A DNA stretch of 64,000 nt, taken from an uncultured Acidobacteriota bacterium. Its GTDB lineage: Bacteria > Acidobacteriota > Blastocatellia > RBC074. Under the pieces are notes generated by a model. The model ran no database searches and was not told the origin of the DNA. It saw only the letters and a program-made list of their open reading frames with translations. Positions 62,520 to 64,000 of this stretch are shown here, piece after piece. Every line of letters starts with the position of its first letter. The first letter of the stretch is position 1. The position numbers were made by a program, and so were the translations under genes. The stretch spans positions 672,001 to 736,000 of the forward strand of contig CAWCKY010000002.1 of the NCBI GenBank assembly GCA_963796275.1, given 5' to 3'.

Positions 62520-62651
62520 GGGTGTTGGCGAGTAACGCGATAGCCATATTACCGCCGGCCAGCCGTTCGCCCATAATCCCGGAACCGATCACCGTCGACA
62601 GTAGCAGTGCCGCCCCACAGCCTCGGCGACACTTCGTCGAATAAGACTCAT
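62520..62651 (-). pseudogene. Truncated MIP/aquaporin (arsenic-operon AqpS-like)
   Basis: MSLIRRSVAEAV | ALLLSTVIGSGIMGERLAGGNMAIALLANTL, then homology stops. Confidence 0.75.
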
Positions 62652-63124
62652 CGCTCGATCCTGTGCGCCTCAGGCTGAATATCAATCTTCATCAAAACCG
62701 CCGTGGAGCAACGCGGCAGCCGCCATTCCGGCGATTGCGCGAGGCGTTCATCATAGCCCTCACGAACCGCTACTGTGAAGCCGAATTTCTTCTCGAAGAA
62801 ATCTCTCGCGGTAGTCGTCAGCAGTAGCGCTTCGCTAATGCCTTGCCGCGCAGCATCCTGAAGAATCGCCTCTGTCAGTCGAGTTCCGAGCCCAGACCGC
62901 TGAAGCTCTGGCGTGACGGCGGCCGACCGCAGCAGGCCAAGCCTGCCATGCCGCTCCATCCCGACGCAGCCGACCAGACGACCCGTATCGTCCCTGGCGA
63001 CGAGGAAGCCGTCGAGGTGCTCGGCTACTCCGTCAGAAGGCAGATCGACGGTATTAAGCAGCGAAAGAATTTCCTCCAAAGCTGAAGATTCAGCCCTGGA
63101 GATCACGACTTGTGGTGATTCCAT
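62648..63124 (-). CDS. Arsenic-resistance GNAT N-acetyltransferase (ArsN2-like)
   Basis: GCVGME, LLRSAAV, QRSGLG, LLTTTARDFF, CSTAVLM; between arsC-like and aquaporin genes. Confidence 0.85.
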   Translation of the reverse strand: MESPQVVISRAESSALEEILSLLNTVDLPSDGVAEHLDGFLVARDDTGRLVGCVGMERHGRLGLLRSAAVTPELQRSGLGTRLTEAILQDAARQGISEALLLTTTARDFFEKKFGFTVAVREGYDERLAQSPEWRLPRCSTAVLMKIDIQPEAHRIER

Positions 63125-63202
63125 TGCATTAAGTGGCTAACCAGCGATCTGTACGCGCGCCTGGCCGCATCCTGCCGGTTTCTTTCTCGAGTGCGAGGGC
63201 GT

Positions 63203-64000
63203 TTACTTTAGCTTGTTGTCCAAATCCAGACGACGACGAGCCTGCATCAAGACACTGAGCATGAAGCGTCCGATGTCATCGCGCCTCTCAGCATATTTCG
63301 CAGCTTCAAATGCAGCGCCGTCATACTCCTTCGGGTCAGCGTATGGCGCCGAGATTCGCTTGCCAGCTCCCTTGACCACTGGACATTCGGCGTCCGCTTG
63401 AGTGCAAACCATAATGGCCGCGAAACCACTCTGGGGGTTATGAGGGTCGGAGTAAGACTTGGAGAACTCCAAGGTCTCCAGTCCCATCCCCCAACGTACC
63501 CGGTAGATCGGATTTGCATCGCCGGAACTACCACGGGGAGCTTCCTTCCCTGATGGCTCTATCTCGACGCCGATCTCCTTGAGGGTCGCAATCGTCCTCG
63601 AATTGAAGGCGCTGGGCGTCGTGCCGCCGCTGTAGAAGCGAATGTCCGGCAGCCCATAATAGGCGGCGGCGATGTTGCCCATCGTCGAGCCCAGGATGCT
63701 TCGCCGCGAGTTGCCGGTGCAGACGACAATGACAGCCAGGGGCTTGCCGGGCTGGTAGTTCGTGCTGATCCAGGTCACCAATTCATCGGCGGCTACGCGA
63801 TGTGGCTCTTCGATCAGGTCGAACTGAGTGGTGAGCAGGTCGGCATGACGACGGACCTTGGGAAACATGTCGTCGCGGGAGCGAGGTTTTTTTTCATCTA
63901 ACATACGTTCCATCTCCAGCAGGCTGATGTAGTCATTGGCGCCGGCGAGGGGTTGGAAAACACGTTTCTCGAACACCCCGCTGACCAGATTCCATGGCAG
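63203..64000 (-). CDS. Low-molecular-weight PTP-fold arsenate reductase-like protein; 5' end beyond the window
   Basis: VCTGNSRRS P-loop, YSGGT, AFNSR, FSKSY, MVCTQADAECP, YADPKEYD; frame stays open to the window edge. Confidence 0.85.
   Translation of the reverse strand: MPWNLVSGVFEKRVFQPLAGANDYISLLEMERMLDEKKPRSRDDMFPKVRRHADLLTTQFDLIEEPHRVAADELVTWISTNYQPGKPLAVIVVCTGNSRRSILGSTMGNIAAAYYGLPDIRFYSGGTTPSAFNSRTIATLKEIGVEIEPSGKEAPRGSSGDANPIYRVRWGMGLETLEFSKSYSDPHNPQSGFAAIMVCTQADAECPVVKGAGKRISAPYADPKEYDGAAFEAAKYAERRDDIGRFMLSVLMQARRRLDLDNKLK

Overview
Bacterial chromosomal window, probably Acidobacteriota/Blastocatellia-like (inferred from gene content and attC style, not proven). Bases 1-10351 are intact host genes (molybdopterin oxidoreductase, hrpB, DUF3500, DUF1080, SGNH hydrolase, hemolysin/CNNM, ihfA-merR-tRNA-Pro(GGG)). 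Directly after the tRNA an att-like junction starts a large integrative conjugative element that appears to run past base 64000; no integrase or right att copy was found. The element carries a divergent type IV secretion locus: virB2-3-4-5-6 leftward, then virB1 and virB8-9-10, a CoxD/MoxR-type AAA+ ATPase where virB11 normally sits, virD4 flanked by two pilin-like genes, and a 2177-aa repeat-rich MobL-type relaxase. After that come a repeat-rich candidate oriT/oriV, decayed cargo, an ssb-containing candidate leading region, a broken HigBA module, an unusual glycosyltransferase-kinase-CofE-archaeal-type SAM synthetase operon, a stand-alone PglW(BREX)-like C-terminal domain gene, and fluoride (riboswitch-crcB) and arsenic resistance genes. 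A solitary integron attC site lies near the left end. All family assignments come from motif recognition by eye, not from database searches.
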